A stretch of 64,000 nucleotides of DNA from an uncultured Thermoplasmatales archaeon (GTDB taxonomy: Archaea > Thermoplasmatota > E2 > UBA202 > DSCA01): NCBI GenBank assembly GCA_964514975.1, contig CAZESS010000004.1, positions 1,708-65,707 on the forward strand, given 5' to 3'. Positions 28,619 through 38,430 of this stretch are shown here, piece by piece. The notes beneath the pieces are model-generated. The model saw nothing but the letters and a program-made list of their open reading frames with translations. It searched no databases and was not told where the DNA came from. Position 1 is the stretch's first letter, and every line of letters starts with the position of its first letter. Made by a program: the position numbers and the translations under genes.

Positions 28619-29097
28619 GGTATCGCCTCCACTGCGGCGGCGATGCTGCCGCCGATAGCGATGCAGTCATCATCGCCCAGGTTGATAAACATGTTGTTTT
28701 TCAGCAGCCGGAGCGCCTCCATGACCTCGTCGATAGCTCCATCGGGGTCGATGTCGGCCGTTGGTGCATCCTCGAACCTGCGGTGGAGCTGCACGGCGGC
28801 GTTGACCTCGCTGCGGCGGTACAGCAGCCAGTGCAACGGCACCGATCGGGGTGGAGGCATTGTCCCGATGACCATCGCAATGTGGCGGGATGGGTCGTAG
28901 TCTGCCAGCTCGACGAAGTCCCCGGTTGAAAGATTACCAAGCGAGACAGTGGACAGGACAACGCGGTTGCCATACCTGGCGCTGATGATCCCGTCGGCGC
29001 AGCCATGTTCGGTCAGTGTTTTGCCGGCGTCGATGAGCCCGGGCAGTAGCGGGTTGCTGACCGTTTCCCGGGAGACAAAAAAGGTTTCGAAGGTCAT
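28609..29097 (-). CDS. Short class II aldolase/adducin-like protein (divergent)
   Basis: GIISARYG, P..SVPLHWLLYRRSEVNAAVQLH. Start placed at ATG 29097, which overlaps the cupin stop. Confidence 0.65.
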   Translation of the reverse strand: MTFETFFVSRETVSNPLLPGLIDAGKTLTEHGCADGIISARYGNRVVLSTVSLGNLSTGDFVELADYDPSRHIAMVIGTMPPPRSVPLHWLLYRRSEVNAAVQLHRRFEDAPTADIDPDGAIDEVMEALRLLKNNMFINLGDDDCIAIGGSIAAAVEAIPCV

Positions 29098-29435
29098 TGG
29101 AGCGGTATCATGCAGAGGAACACGAAGTCGTCGCTCCCCATGTTTTTGAATTGATGGGTTTCGCCGGCGGGCACATAGCCAAAGCGATTTGGAGCCAGGG
29201 AATGCTCCCTGCCGTCTTCGTCGATGAGCGCTCCCTCGCCCTCGAGGACGTATATCTCGTGTTCCCATGGATGCTCGTGCAACGGCGTATGGCCATCGGG
29301 GCCGACAACGAAGCGGCGCATCGCAAAATTGGGCGCGCCGCGTTTGTCGTCGATGAGCCACTGGATGGTCACGTTCTCGGCGTCCTCCATCTCCACCTTT
29401 TCCATCTCGACGTCCTGCTGGTGTTCGATTATCAT
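29094..29435 (-). CDS. Cupin-domain protein
   Basis: FAMRRF, TPLHEHPWEHEIYVLEGEG, VPAGETHQFKN. Confidence 0.9.
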   Translation of the reverse strand: MIIEHQQDVEMEKVEMEDAENVTIQWLIDDKRGAPNFAMRRFVVGPDGHTPLHEHPWEHEIYVLEGEGALIDEDGREHSLAPNRFGYVPAGETHQFKNMGSDDFVFLCMIPLQ

Positions 29436-29470
29436 ACGGGCATAACAGCCAGATATTTAAAAATGTGACC

Positions 29471-30544
29471 TCAGTCCTGCCAGTCATCCCTGACGCTGTC
29501 CATGAAGGCGTCGACCTCGCTGCTGTCAATGTCTTGGCCGTAGACGTCGTTGACGACCTGGGCCAGGCGCCCGTCGTCCATCAGCTCCTTGAGCACCCAT
29601 GACGGCATCTGCTCGAGCGCCTTTTGTGCGACGGATGCATCGAGCTCATCGCGGTCGAGCATGCTCTTGAAGGAGCCATAGCCGGGGATGACGGTCATGC
29701 CGTGCTCCGGGTGGGAGACCAGCGCCGTCTCTCCGTCACTCCACTCATCCTCCGGTGCTTCTTCGTCGCTGTCGCGCCATTCCATGAACGCGGACAGGAT
29801 GTCCCTGGCCTCGGCCTCGTCGGGAAACAGGGGGTCCCATCGCCCGAAGTAGTCGAGGAAGTCCTGGTGGATATGGCGCTGCATCTCCCGGCTTTTTTCC
29901 TGCAACCCGGCGAACTGCTCGGCCATCTGCCGTATCTGCTCTGCTTCTTTTTTGCCGTACATGGCCAGCGCGCCGCCCGAGAGATGGGTGTCGAGCCATG
30001 GATAGATTTTGTTGCCGATGACATCGCCTTCCTGCAAATCGATGTTGCCGTAGAGCTCGTAGTTCCTGTCGTCCATGAGATGCCGGATGGTGTAGCGGTC
30101 CTCCGCGAGTTTTTCGGTGACCTCGAAAAATCCGCGGATGGGCTGCTGCAACCGCCGTATCGCTGTGGCTATCCATTCGGGCATGCTGTAGTAGGCGGCG
30201 AAGCGCTGTGCGGGCGTTGTCCCGTCGTCGAGCTCCCGCTCGAAGGCAAACCAGTTCATGAAAACGGGGAAGGTTTGCTCGGATACCTTGCCGTCGTAGT
30301 CCCGCATGGCCTGTCTGAGCTGGTCGCGGAAGCGCATCGCATACTGCTGTATCATCCGGATGAGCCTGATGCCCGCCTGCTCGTTTTGTTCGAGCTCATT
30401 GAGCGGCTGCTCGACCTTTTGTTTGACCTCCTGCTCCAGCGCTTTGACGTCGTCGCTGCGTTTGGTCCAGCAGGTATGGCAGATGTAGATGTCGCCCAGC
30501 CGGTGGCTCTGGGTTGGCTTGCCGCAGAGATGGCAGTTGCCCAT
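29471..30544 (-). CDS. Hypothetical protein with an N-terminal C4 zinc ribbon
   Basis: CHLCGK...ICHTC; FMNWFAFERELDDGTTPA..F motif; starts 2 nt after the ileS stop, with ggagg upstream. Confidence 0.75.
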   Translation of the reverse strand: MGNCHLCGKPTQSHRLGDIYICHTCWTKRSDDVKALEQEVKQKVEQPLNELEQNEQAGIRLIRMIQQYAMRFRDQLRQAMRDYDGKVSEQTFPVFMNWFAFERELDDGTTPAQRFAAYYSMPEWIATAIRRLQQPIRGFFEVTEKLAEDRYTIRHLMDDRNYELYGNIDLQEGDVIGNKIYPWLDTHLSGGALAMYGKKEAEQIRQMAEQFAGLQEKSREMQRHIHQDFLDYFGRWDPLFPDEAEARDILSAFMEWRDSDEEAPEDEWSDGETALVSHPEHGMTVIPGYGSFKSMLDRDELDASVAQKALEQMPSWVLKELMDDGRLAQVVNDVYGQDIDSSEVDAFMDSVRDDWQD

Positions 30545-30546
30545 TG

Positions 30547-33500
30547 TTATCGCCTCCCGACGCCGATGGTGATGGTTTCGCCGTCTATGTTCCATTCCCG
30601 GACGAGGTCGCCGTTCGGGCTGCCCGTGACGAGCTCGTCGGAGCGGGTTTCGGTTTTGATGTAGTCCGTCCAGCCCTCTATCCGGCTGCCGTCTATGTCG
30701 ATGGAGGTGACGATGCGTTCCTCCATGTCGAGGTCGAGATCCTTGCGCATCTCCTGTATGCGGCGGACCAGTTCACGGGCGAATCCCTCCGCCAGCAGTT
30801 CGTCGGTCTGCTCGAGCGACAGGACGACGTGCAGGTCGCCGGCGGTGTCGATGGCGTAGCCCTCGCGTTCCCGTTCCTCGACGGTGTAGTCCTCCTCCTC
30901 GATGGTGTATGTGTCGCCGTCGAGGTCTACCGCGGTGCCGGGCAGCGTGTCCGGTGCGCTGTCTTCGATGGCTGCGGCGACCATGTTGACCTTGTCCTTG
31001 AGCTTGGGGCCCAGCACGGAAAAATTGGGGGTGGCAACCCGCTGCAGGTAGGGTTCCAGGCTGTCCTCAAAGATGACGTTTTTGACGTTTATCTCGTTTT
31101 CGAGCAGCGGGGCCAGCGTCGACAGGTCGTCGCCGACGATGACTGCCGTGGCGAGGGGATAGCGGAGCTTGACGTCGTGCCGGGCGCGGAGCGACCGCGC
31201 TACCTCGGTGATGGTGCGGGCCTGCTCCATCTGCGCCTCAAGCTGCTCGTCGACCATGTTTGCGTTGACGGAGGGATAGTCGCAGAGATGGACGCTCTCG
31301 GGCTCGATGCCGGTGGCAAAACGCTGCTTGAGATTCCGGTAGATGTGCTCCGAGATGAACGGCACGAACGGCGCCACGAGGCATGACAGCGTTTCCAGCA
31401 CCTCGTAGATGGTGGCGTAGCCAGCGAGCTTGTCGGGGTTTTCCTCCTCCAGCCAGAAGCGCTTCCGGCTGTTGCGGATGTACCAGTTGCTGATGTCGTT
31501 GACCACGAAGTCCTCTATCAGCCGGGCGGCTTTGTGGAGCTCGAACCGCTCGACATGCTCGTTTACCTGACTGGTGACGGTGTTGAGCCGGGACAGCACC
31601 CATCTGTCCAGGTTGCTGCGCTCCGCCGGCTCAATGGACTGCTCGTCATAGGTGAAATCATCGAGCGAGGCATAGGTGTCATAGAAGGAATACACGTTCC
31701 ACAGGGTGAGCAGAAACTTGCCCAGCGCCTCCCGGACGACCTCCTCGTAGAAGCGCTTGGGCGACCATGGCGCGGAGGCAGAGAGGAGATACCAGCGCAT
31801 CGCATCCGCTCCCTCCCGGCCGAATATTTGGTCGGGGCTGACATAGTTTCGGTCTTTTTTCGACATTTTTTGGCCCTCCCGGTCAAGGATGAGGCCGAGG
31901 GAGACCACCTGCTCGTAGGGATGGCTGTCGAACGTCAGCGTTGAGATGGCGAGCAGCGAGTAAAACCATCCCCTTGTTTGGTCGATGGCCTCGCAGATGA
32001 AATCCGCGGGAAAGTTTTTCTCGAACGCCTCGCGGTTTTCGAAGGGATAATGCCACTGCGCGAAAAACGCTGAGCCGGAGTCATACCAGGCGTCGATGAC
32101 GTCGGGCTCCCTCTCCATGGCCCCGTTGCATTCCGGGCAGGAAAGCTCGAGCTCGTCGACGAACGGACGGTGGAGATTGTAGTCTCTCGGTACCTCCGCG
32201 GCATGCTCGCAAAGCTCCGCAACGCTCCCGATGCATATCTCATGGTCGCATTCCTGGCATGTCCAGATGGGCAGTGGCGTCCCCCAGTAGCGCTTCCTGG
32301 ACAGCGACCAATCACGCGCTTCCTCGATGAACCCGCCGAAGCGCCCGTGCTTGAGATGCTCGGGGTACCAGTCGATGTGCTCGTTGTTGTCCATGAGCTC
32401 CTCGCGCAGCCTGGACATCGTGATGAACCATGATTCGATGGCGTAGTAGAGCAATGGCGAGCTGCAGCGCCAGCAAAACGGGTACTGATGGGTGACCTCG
32501 TGCGACGCGAGCAGCAGCCCGCGCTCCTCCAGGTCGGCGATGATATCCGGGTCGGCGTCCTTGACAAATTGCCCGGCCCATTTTTCAACCTCGGGCGGAA
32601 ACGTGCCGTCTTCATCCACCAGCTGCACCACGGGCAGGTCGTTTTCTTTGCCAGCCTCGTAGTCTTCCTCTCCGAAGGCGGGGGCGATGTGCACGACGCC
32701 GGTGCCGTCGTCCATCGTTACGTAGCCGGCGGTGATGACGCGCCATGCCGGCCTGTCTGGTTCAGCGTAGCGGTACAGGGGCTCATATTCCATGCCCTCC
32801 AGCTCCTCGCCCTTCCATGCATCCAGCATCCGGATTTCGTCGTCCTCGAACAGCTCGATGGCACGTTGCTCCGCCAGGATGAGCTCCTCGCCCTGGTACT
32901 CGATTTTGACGTAGAGCTCGTCGGGGTGGACGGCCAGCGCCACGTTGGATATCAGCGTCCAGGGCGTCGTCGTCCACGCCAGCAGAAACGCATCGCTGTC
33001 CCTGACCCTGAACTTGATGTATATCGAGGGGTCGGTGACCTCCTTGTAGCCCTGCGCGACCTCGTGCGAGGACAGCGTCGTGCCGCAGCGCGGGCAGTAC
33101 GGGGTGACACGGTGGCCACGAGTGAGCAATCCTCGTTTCCAGGCCTGCTTGAGCGACCACCAGACCGACTCGATGTAATCATTTTTGAGTGTGACATATG
33201 GATGCTCCATGTCCAGCCAGAAGCCCACGCGCTCGGTCATCTGTTTCCAGGCCTCCTCGTAGCGGAACACGCTCTCCTGGCATTGCTCGTTGAAGCGCTC
33301 GATGCCGTAGTCCTCTATCTCCTGTTTTTCCTCGAGCCCCAGTGATTTTTCGACCTCTATCTCGACGGGCAGCCCATGGGTGTCCCAGCCGGCTTTGCGT
33401 GCAACGTAGTAGCCCTGCATGGTCCTGTAACGGAGGACCACATCCTTTATCGTCCTCGTCAGCACGTGCCCGGGGTGCGGCAGCCCGTTGGCGGTCGGCG

Positions 33501-33648
33501 GCCCCTCGAGGAATACGAAGGGCTCATTATCGCGGCGCTGCTCCATTGATTTCTCAAAAATGTGGTTGTTCCGCCAGAACGTGATGACGTCCTGCTCGAC
33601 GCTCGGTGGGTCATACTGCTGCGGTTCCCGGTCGCTGTCGGCGCTCAT
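30547..33648 (-). CDS. ileS: Isoleucine--tRNA ligase (archaeal type)
   Basis: EGPPTANGLPHPGH, GWDTHGLPVE, WTTTPWTL, GTGVVHIAPAFGEED, DWSLSRKRYWGTP, DQTRGWFY, KMSKK. Confidence 0.98.
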   Translation of the reverse strand: MSADSDREPQQYDPPSVEQDVITFWRNNHIFEKSMEQRRDNEPFVFLEGPPTANGLPHPGHVLTRTIKDVVLRYRTMQGYYVARKAGWDTHGLPVEIEVEKSLGLEEKQEIEDYGIERFNEQCQESVFRYEEAWKQMTERVGFWLDMEHPYVTLKNDYIESVWWSLKQAWKRGLLTRGHRVTPYCPRCGTTLSSHEVAQGYKEVTDPSIYIKFRVRDSDAFLLAWTTTPWTLISNVALAVHPDELYVKIEYQGEELILAEQRAIELFEDDEIRMLDAWKGEELEGMEYEPLYRYAEPDRPAWRVITAGYVTMDDGTGVVHIAPAFGEEDYEAGKENDLPVVQLVDEDGTFPPEVEKWAGQFVKDADPDIIADLEERGLLLASHEVTHQYPFCWRCSSPLLYYAIESWFITMSRLREELMDNNEHIDWYPEHLKHGRFGGFIEEARDWSLSRKRYWGTPLPIWTCQECDHEICIGSVAELCEHAAEVPRDYNLHRPFVDELELSCPECNGAMEREPDVIDAWYDSGSAFFAQWHYPFENREAFEKNFPADFICEAIDQTRGWFYSLLAISTLTFDSHPYEQVVSLGLILDREGQKMSKKDRNYVSPDQIFGREGADAMRWYLLSASAPWSPKRFYEEVVREALGKFLLTLWNVYSFYDTYASLDDFTYDEQSIEPAERSNLDRWVLSRLNTVTSQVNEHVERFELHKAARLIEDFVVNDISNWYIRNSRKRFWLEEENPDKLAGYATIYEVLETLSCLVAPFVPFISEHIYRNLKQRFATGIEPESVHLCDYPSVNANMVDEQLEAQMEQARTITEVARSLRARHDVKLRYPLATAVIVGDDLSTLAPLLENEINVKNVIFEDSLEPYLQRVATPNFSVLGPKLKDKVNMVAAAIEDSAPDTLPGTAVDLDGDTYTIEEEDYTVEEREREGYAIDTAGDLHVVLSLEQTDELLAEGFARELVRRIQEMRKDLDLDMEERIVTSIDIDGSRIEGWTDYIKTETRSDELVTGSPNGDLVREWNIDGETITIGVGRR

Positions 33649-33690
33649 TGGAGGGATAAAGCACGTGCCGTTAAAACATTTTTGCTACTG

Positions 33691-34926
33691 CTACAGATTG
33701 AACACGAGCGCCCGTATCTCCTGCTCCCGGGCGTTGCCGGCGGTGTCGACGGCTCGTGCCTCGATGCTGTGGAACAACACCGCCCGCTCGTTCCATACAA
33801 CGGTGTAGGGTGCCTCACGGTCGACCGCCAGCAACTCGCCGTCTATGGAAAACGCGACATGGTCGACCGCGCTGTCGTTGTCCACGGCGCTGACCTCTAT
33901 GGTGATGCCGCCAACGATGACCGATGCGTCGAATGGCAGTGGCGCCGCCTCGTTGTCCTGCACGTAGAGCATGCCCTGCCGTGGTCGCTGAAAGGACAGC
34001 ACAGGGGGCTCCCAGTCCTCCTCGGTGAGCGTGGCGAGCTCGGTCAGGGTGCCGACCATGAGCCGGGTGACCCTGGTCGCATAGTCAAGGTCCATCTTGT
34101 CGATGGTGTCATCCGGCGAGTGGTAGTAGTCGTTGAACTCGTATTCGAAGAAAAAGGTTGCGTTGAACCCGTAGCGGATGAAGGAATGATGGTCGCTGTA
34201 GGGATGGCTGGGCTCCCTCGCCACGGTGAGGTTGAGCGCATGGTAGCGGCCGGTGACATTGATTGACATGTTGGTTATCCACTGCGATGCAGGGGTTTCC
34301 TGTACCTCGATGGTGTGCCGCCCTACGTCGCTTTTGGCGTAGCCGATCATGTCGGCGTTGAGGACGCCCACAATGTTTTCATGGCTCTCGTTGGCCTCCC
34401 TGGCGTATTCGTGGCTGCCGAGCAGGCCCTCCTCCTCGCCTGAAAACGTGACGAAGCGGACGGTGTGCTGGAACCGGTAGCTGCTGAGCGTATGCGCTGC
34501 GGCGAGCACCGCCGCCACGCCGGAGCCGTCGTCGTCGGCGCCCGGCGAGCCCGGGACGGTGTCATAGTGGGCGCAGATGACATAGACGCGGTCGCTCGTC
34601 TGGTTGACGCCGGGCAGTGTCGCCTCGACGTTGACGCCCTCGTAGCCGTTGTACTCCCACTCGTGCATCCGGACCGACAGGTCGTAGGAGGAAAAAGCAC
34701 CGGCGATGTAGTCGGCTGCCTCCTGGCACTCCGAAGTTTCGGTGACCCGGGGACCGATGTCCTGCAGGGCCTGGACGTAGCCCGTGACCATGCTCTGGCT
34801 GACGTCGTCCATGACGTCGCCGGTGTCAATCGAGGCGTGTGCAACGGCGAGGGATGCATCAAAAACAGCGAACGACGGTGCCACCAGGCAGACCGCGACC
34901 AGCATGACTCCAAGCGCTTTGTGCAT
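33691..34926 (-). CDS. Secreted M28-family aminopeptidase with a C-terminal Ig-like domain
   Basis: Signal peptide; AHYDT, PGADDDGSG, FSGEEEGLLGS, NADMIG, SDHHSF, YHSPDDT. Confidence 0.92.
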   Translation of the reverse strand: MHKALGVMLVAVCLVAPSFAVFDASLAVAHASIDTGDVMDDVSQSMVTGYVQALQDIGPRVTETSECQEAADYIAGAFSSYDLSVRMHEWEYNGYEGVNVEATLPGVNQTSDRVYVICAHYDTVPGSPGADDDGSGVAAVLAAAHTLSSYRFQHTVRFVTFSGEEEGLLGSHEYAREANESHENIVGVLNADMIGYAKSDVGRHTIEVQETPASQWITNMSINVTGRYHALNLTVAREPSHPYSDHHSFIRYGFNATFFFEYEFNDYYHSPDDTIDKMDLDYATRVTRLMVGTLTELATLTEEDWEPPVLSFQRPRQGMLYVQDNEAAPLPFDASVIVGGITIEVSAVDNDSAVDHVAFSIDGELLAVDREAPYTVVWNERAVLFHSIEARAVDTAGNAREQEIRALVFNL

Positions 34927-35121
34927 ACATAGAGCAACGGCGGCTGAATTTAAATATTATGGCCACATCTGCTCCATCATTCCATGTCGTGTGCCGTTAT
35001 TGCTCCCACATCCCCCGGGGACGCCGATGACACCCCCGGATGGAGCCTCGGCAATGATGCACCAGCAGGAAAAGAAAAATGCCCTGAATACCGGGGCACC
35101 GGCATGAGCAGTCCCCGGACG

Positions 35122-36105
35122 CTATCCCTCGAAGACGAGCTGCGGCGACCGGTCAAGGGTTACCCGGGGCATGCGCGCGCTGTAGCCGGCACGCGTCGAG
35201 CTGTCGTAGCTGTCCATGTCGGTCTCCTCCAGCATCTCGCGGCCGCGCTCCCTGGCCTTTTCAACGCTCATGTTTATCTTCATGACCTCGCCGGGGAGCG
35301 CCCGCTTCACCAGGAAGTTCCAGCCGGCGCCCGCGCCATAGGGCAGCCCCTCAAGCACCATCATGGTGTCTTCGACGGGATAGTTCCACATGCCGGTCGG
35401 GTCGTCCCCAAACTTGGCGAGGGGGACGCCCATCGCGACCTCGTATTCCGGGGTGAACGTGGGGTCGGTGGTGACCCATTCACCGTCGATGAGCACCTCC
35501 GCCGTGCCGTGCAGCATGAACGAGCCAAAGGCGTCATACCAGTGCTGGAGCACCCGGCTGGCGCCGATCATATTGTCATACATGGATTCAACGAGCGCAA
35601 GGCTGTACAGCCGATAGCGCGCCGACAGGCCGGCGGTGCGGCACAGGGCTGCAAAAAGCGACAGCTGGTGCAGGCAGGTTCCGCTGCCCCGCCGGAGCGT
35701 TTCAACGGCGCCGTCGAGCGGCACGAAGGAAAGCCTGATATTGTTTTTGACGAAGTCGAAGACCGCCTCAGCATATGCCCGGTCGGGAAGCTCAAATGCG
35801 CCGAGCCGGTGGGCCATGGCAACGATGTCGGGGGCATGGCTGTTGCAGAAATGTGTCGGGCGGAGATATCGCCTGTTTTCGTCATAATAGCGCATGTCGT
35901 CATGGTGCTCGGGTACACTATAGGGCGGGTCGGCCTGTATCGCCTCCCGGTCGATATGTTTGGCCGCCTTGTTAGCCCTGACGACGGCGACGGGATGCAA
36001 AAGGATGCCCTTCAAAAGCGCGGGGATGGTCCGTGCGACGTTTTTGAACATCCGCCAGGGCATGATGTAGTTTTTTTCCCTGACCTCTCTGAGCCTCTGT
36101 ATCAC
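35122..36105 (-). CDS. Transglutaminase-like (Cys-His-Asp) domain protein
   Basis: ETLRRGSGTCLHQLSLFAALCRTAGLSARY, HGTAEV, WVTTDPT; GTG start overlaps the upstream TGA; no signal peptide. Confidence 0.88.
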   Translation of the reverse strand: MIQRLREVREKNYIMPWRMFKNVARTIPALLKGILLHPVAVVRANKAAKHIDREAIQADPPYSVPEHHDDMRYYDENRRYLRPTHFCNSHAPDIVAMAHRLGAFELPDRAYAEAVFDFVKNNIRLSFVPLDGAVETLRRGSGTCLHQLSLFAALCRTAGLSARYRLYSLALVESMYDNMIGASRVLQHWYDAFGSFMLHGTAEVLIDGEWVTTDPTFTPEYEVAMGVPLAKFGDDPTGMWNYPVEDTMMVLEGLPYGAGAGWNFLVKRALPGEVMKINMSVEKARERGREMLEETDMDSYDSSTRAGYSARMPRVTLDRSPQLVFEG

Positions 36106-37511
36106 TGGCTCACCTCGTCGAGGTCGCTGAGCAGCATCTTGCGCATCTCCTCCGCGCAGCCCCGTATTTCCTCGCCGGCCATCCGGCTGACCTCGGGCTC
36201 CAGCACCGGTCCCTCGCGGCCGCAGACGGGGCAGCGCTCAAGCAGCTTCACCCGGTCGCCGGTGAAAATGAAGCCGGGGTAGCTCATTGCCAGGCCGTCG
36301 AGGAACGCGAACTTGCCGTATTCGCCGTAGCCGAGCGGCTGATTGCTCTCGTCGAGCACCATCGGCTGGATGTAGTTGTGCGGAATGTGCAGATAATGGC
36401 CCTCGGGGCACTGCATCATGAAAGCGTTGCTTTCCACCATCGCATAGAGGTCGAGGCACTGCCGGTCGGGGATCCCCAGATATTTCTCCACCTTGTCCCT
36501 GAAATCCTCGACGGGCAATCGCTTGTCCTCGTGGACCTTCCATCCACCGCCGGTGATCACGGCACCGCGCTCGCCGAAGTCGAAGCGCATGCCCTCCTGC
36601 TCCATCCGGTTCATGACCAGGTCGAGGATAAATGGGGCGCCAAAAAAGCCGATGTGCCGGCCGGTGGGCTCGAGGCGTTCAAGCCAGCTGATGATGTCGC
36701 CGACCATTTTCTGGTTGCGGCGCTTGGAGGTGAGCCGGGCGACGCCGCTCATCAGTTTTTCCTTCAACCCCTGCGGTCGTCCCATCGAGATGCGGATGAG
36801 GTCGGTGGTGATCTCGCGGTCGATGGCGACCTCGACGTTTTTCACGACGGCATTGGGGAGCACAGCGGTGACCTTGCCCACCCAGAGGTTGGTTTTGTGG
36901 GGATGCGGAAACAGCAGGTAGGCATCGGAGTCATATTCCCACCAGTCGCTCAGCATTTCCAGGCAGCATCGGGCGATGGCATATTCTGCATTGTGATAGG
37001 TCCGCCGGTCGCGGGGGATGAACGTAAACCGGCCGGTTGTGCCGCTGGAATATGCGATCGTGACACCGGAGCGCTCGAAGCTTTCGATGACGTCGTCATA
37101 GGTCGGCTCCGCCGAGTCAATCGTCACCCTGGGTATCTCCCCAGTCATGACGTTGGCGACCCACATGGCGAACTCTTTGCCCTCCGGGTAGTCCTTGAAA
37201 AACCGGTGGGAGAGCAATGGAATCCGGTGGAAGTCATCGAATCCCTTGATGTCATCGGGCGAGACGTCGTGCTCGCGGCAGAAGTCATGATAAAACGTGT
37301 TGTTTTCATAGTGATGTCTGAAGGCATGCCGGATGGCATCGAGCCGGTACCGCTCGGCCTGCTCCGCAGAGGTGCCATACATGCTCTGGGGCTCATAGAG
37401 CGCCACCTCCCCGGGATGCTGCGGGCCCTGTTCCGGCAGATAGCTGGCCAGGCGCCTGTTGACTTCTTCAAGAAACGGGGAATCGGTGTCTTTCGTTGTT
37501 GCAAATGCCAT
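36102..37511 (-). CDS. LuxE-like acyl-protein synthetase (adenylate-forming)
   Basis: IPLL...FK, YSSGTTGR phosphate loop, TGGGWK, DLYAMVE, CPEGHYLHIP, SYPGFIFTGD, C-terminal EIRGC. Confidence 0.85.
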   Translation of the reverse strand: MAFATTKDTDSPFLEEVNRRLASYLPEQGPQHPGEVALYEPQSMYGTSAEQAERYRLDAIRHAFRHHYENNTFYHDFCREHDVSPDDIKGFDDFHRIPLLSHRFFKDYPEGKEFAMWVANVMTGEIPRVTIDSAEPTYDDVIESFERSGVTIAYSSGTTGRFTFIPRDRRTYHNAEYAIARCCLEMLSDWWEYDSDAYLLFPHPHKTNLWVGKVTAVLPNAVVKNVEVAIDREITTDLIRISMGRPQGLKEKLMSGVARLTSKRRNQKMVGDIISWLERLEPTGRHIGFFGAPFILDLVMNRMEQEGMRFDFGERGAVITGGGWKVHEDKRLPVEDFRDKVEKYLGIPDRQCLDLYAMVESNAFMMQCPEGHYLHIPHNYIQPMVLDESNQPLGYGEYGKFAFLDGLAMSYPGFIFTGDRVKLLERCPVCGREGPVLEPEVSRMAGEEIRGCAEEMRKMLLSDLDEVSQ

Positions 37512-37785
37512 GGTATCTCCTGATAGGTGACGAATGATTGAGCGGTTGTTAAATAACGTTTTCTCAACGGGAATTGAACCCGGTTAAAAAAAATTTTAAC
37601 TCCTGTTGCCGGCACGCCGCATCCGACAAAAACGGCCACAATACATGTATACACGCACGGGATACACACACGTTAGATACAAATATCACAGAGCATCACC
37701 CGATGGCACACCGGCGACATTCCCTGTTCCGCCAAAAACAACTTTTATATAACACATCGCCATTCCGATGTCTGTCGCGATTGCT

Positions 37786-38430
37786 ATGGCAGCTACAGAA
37801 ATAGTTACCGCAGTACAAAAAGCACTGGATGAAGACCACAACAAAAAACGGAACTTCACCCAGACCGTAGACCTGGCTATAAACCTCAAAGACATCGACA
37901 TGAACGAGCCCTCAAACCGCGTCGACGAAGAAATACACCTGCCGTCGGGACGAGGCGAAGACGCAAAGGTGGGCGTATTCGGCAGCGGAGAAATGGCTCT
38001 CAAGGCAAAAGAGGTTGCCGACGACGTCTTCGAACCCGACGAAATAGAGGACATCGCCGACGATGCCGCACAGGCCAAACAAATAGCGGAAACCTATGAC
38101 TTTTTCATCGCAGCGGCGCCACTCATGCCGAGCATCGGTAAACACCTCGGTCGGTTCCTGGGGCCCCGCGGCAAGATGCCGACACCGGTACCCCCGACGG
38201 TCGACATCGCCGACGAGGTCGAACGGCTCCGCCACACCGCCCGTATCCGCTCCCGAAGCGCCACCACGTTCCACTGCCGGGTGGGCACGGAAACCATGGA
38301 CCCGGAGGACATCGCCGACAACATCGACGCCATCCTCAAAATCCTCGAAGAAAAGCTGGAGCGCGGCCGCAACAACATCGACGCCATCTACGTGAAAACG
38401 ACAATGGGTAAACCCGTCGAGGTGGCCTAA
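37786..38430 (+). CDS. rpl1: 50S ribosomal protein uL1
   Basis: KRNFTQTVDLAINLKD, LGRFLGPRGKMP, YVKTTMGKPV; TATA-like ttttatataa at ~37743. Confidence 0.97.
   Translation: MAATEIVTAVQKALDEDHNKKRNFTQTVDLAINLKDIDMNEPSNRVDEEIHLPSGRGEDAKVGVFGSGEMALKAKEVADDVFEPDEIEDIADDAAQAKQIAETYDFFIAAAPLMPSIGKHLGRFLGPRGKMPTPVPPTVDIADEVERLRHTARIRSRSATTFHCRVGTETMDPEDIADNIDAILKILEEKLERGRNNIDAIYVKTTMGKPVEVA

Noticed and set aside
28609-29529. 306-aa ORF as listed in the track
   Set aside because: Its N-terminal half overlaps the cupin in another frame; the credible start is ATG 29097.
34985-35120. Possible box C/D sRNA or repeat in the intergenic region (cgatga, tgatg, ctga; ccccgggg motifs)
   Set aside because: Box spacing does not fit the usual ~12-nt guides and the motifs are degenerate. 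The similar stretch at ~18995-19060 is equally weak.
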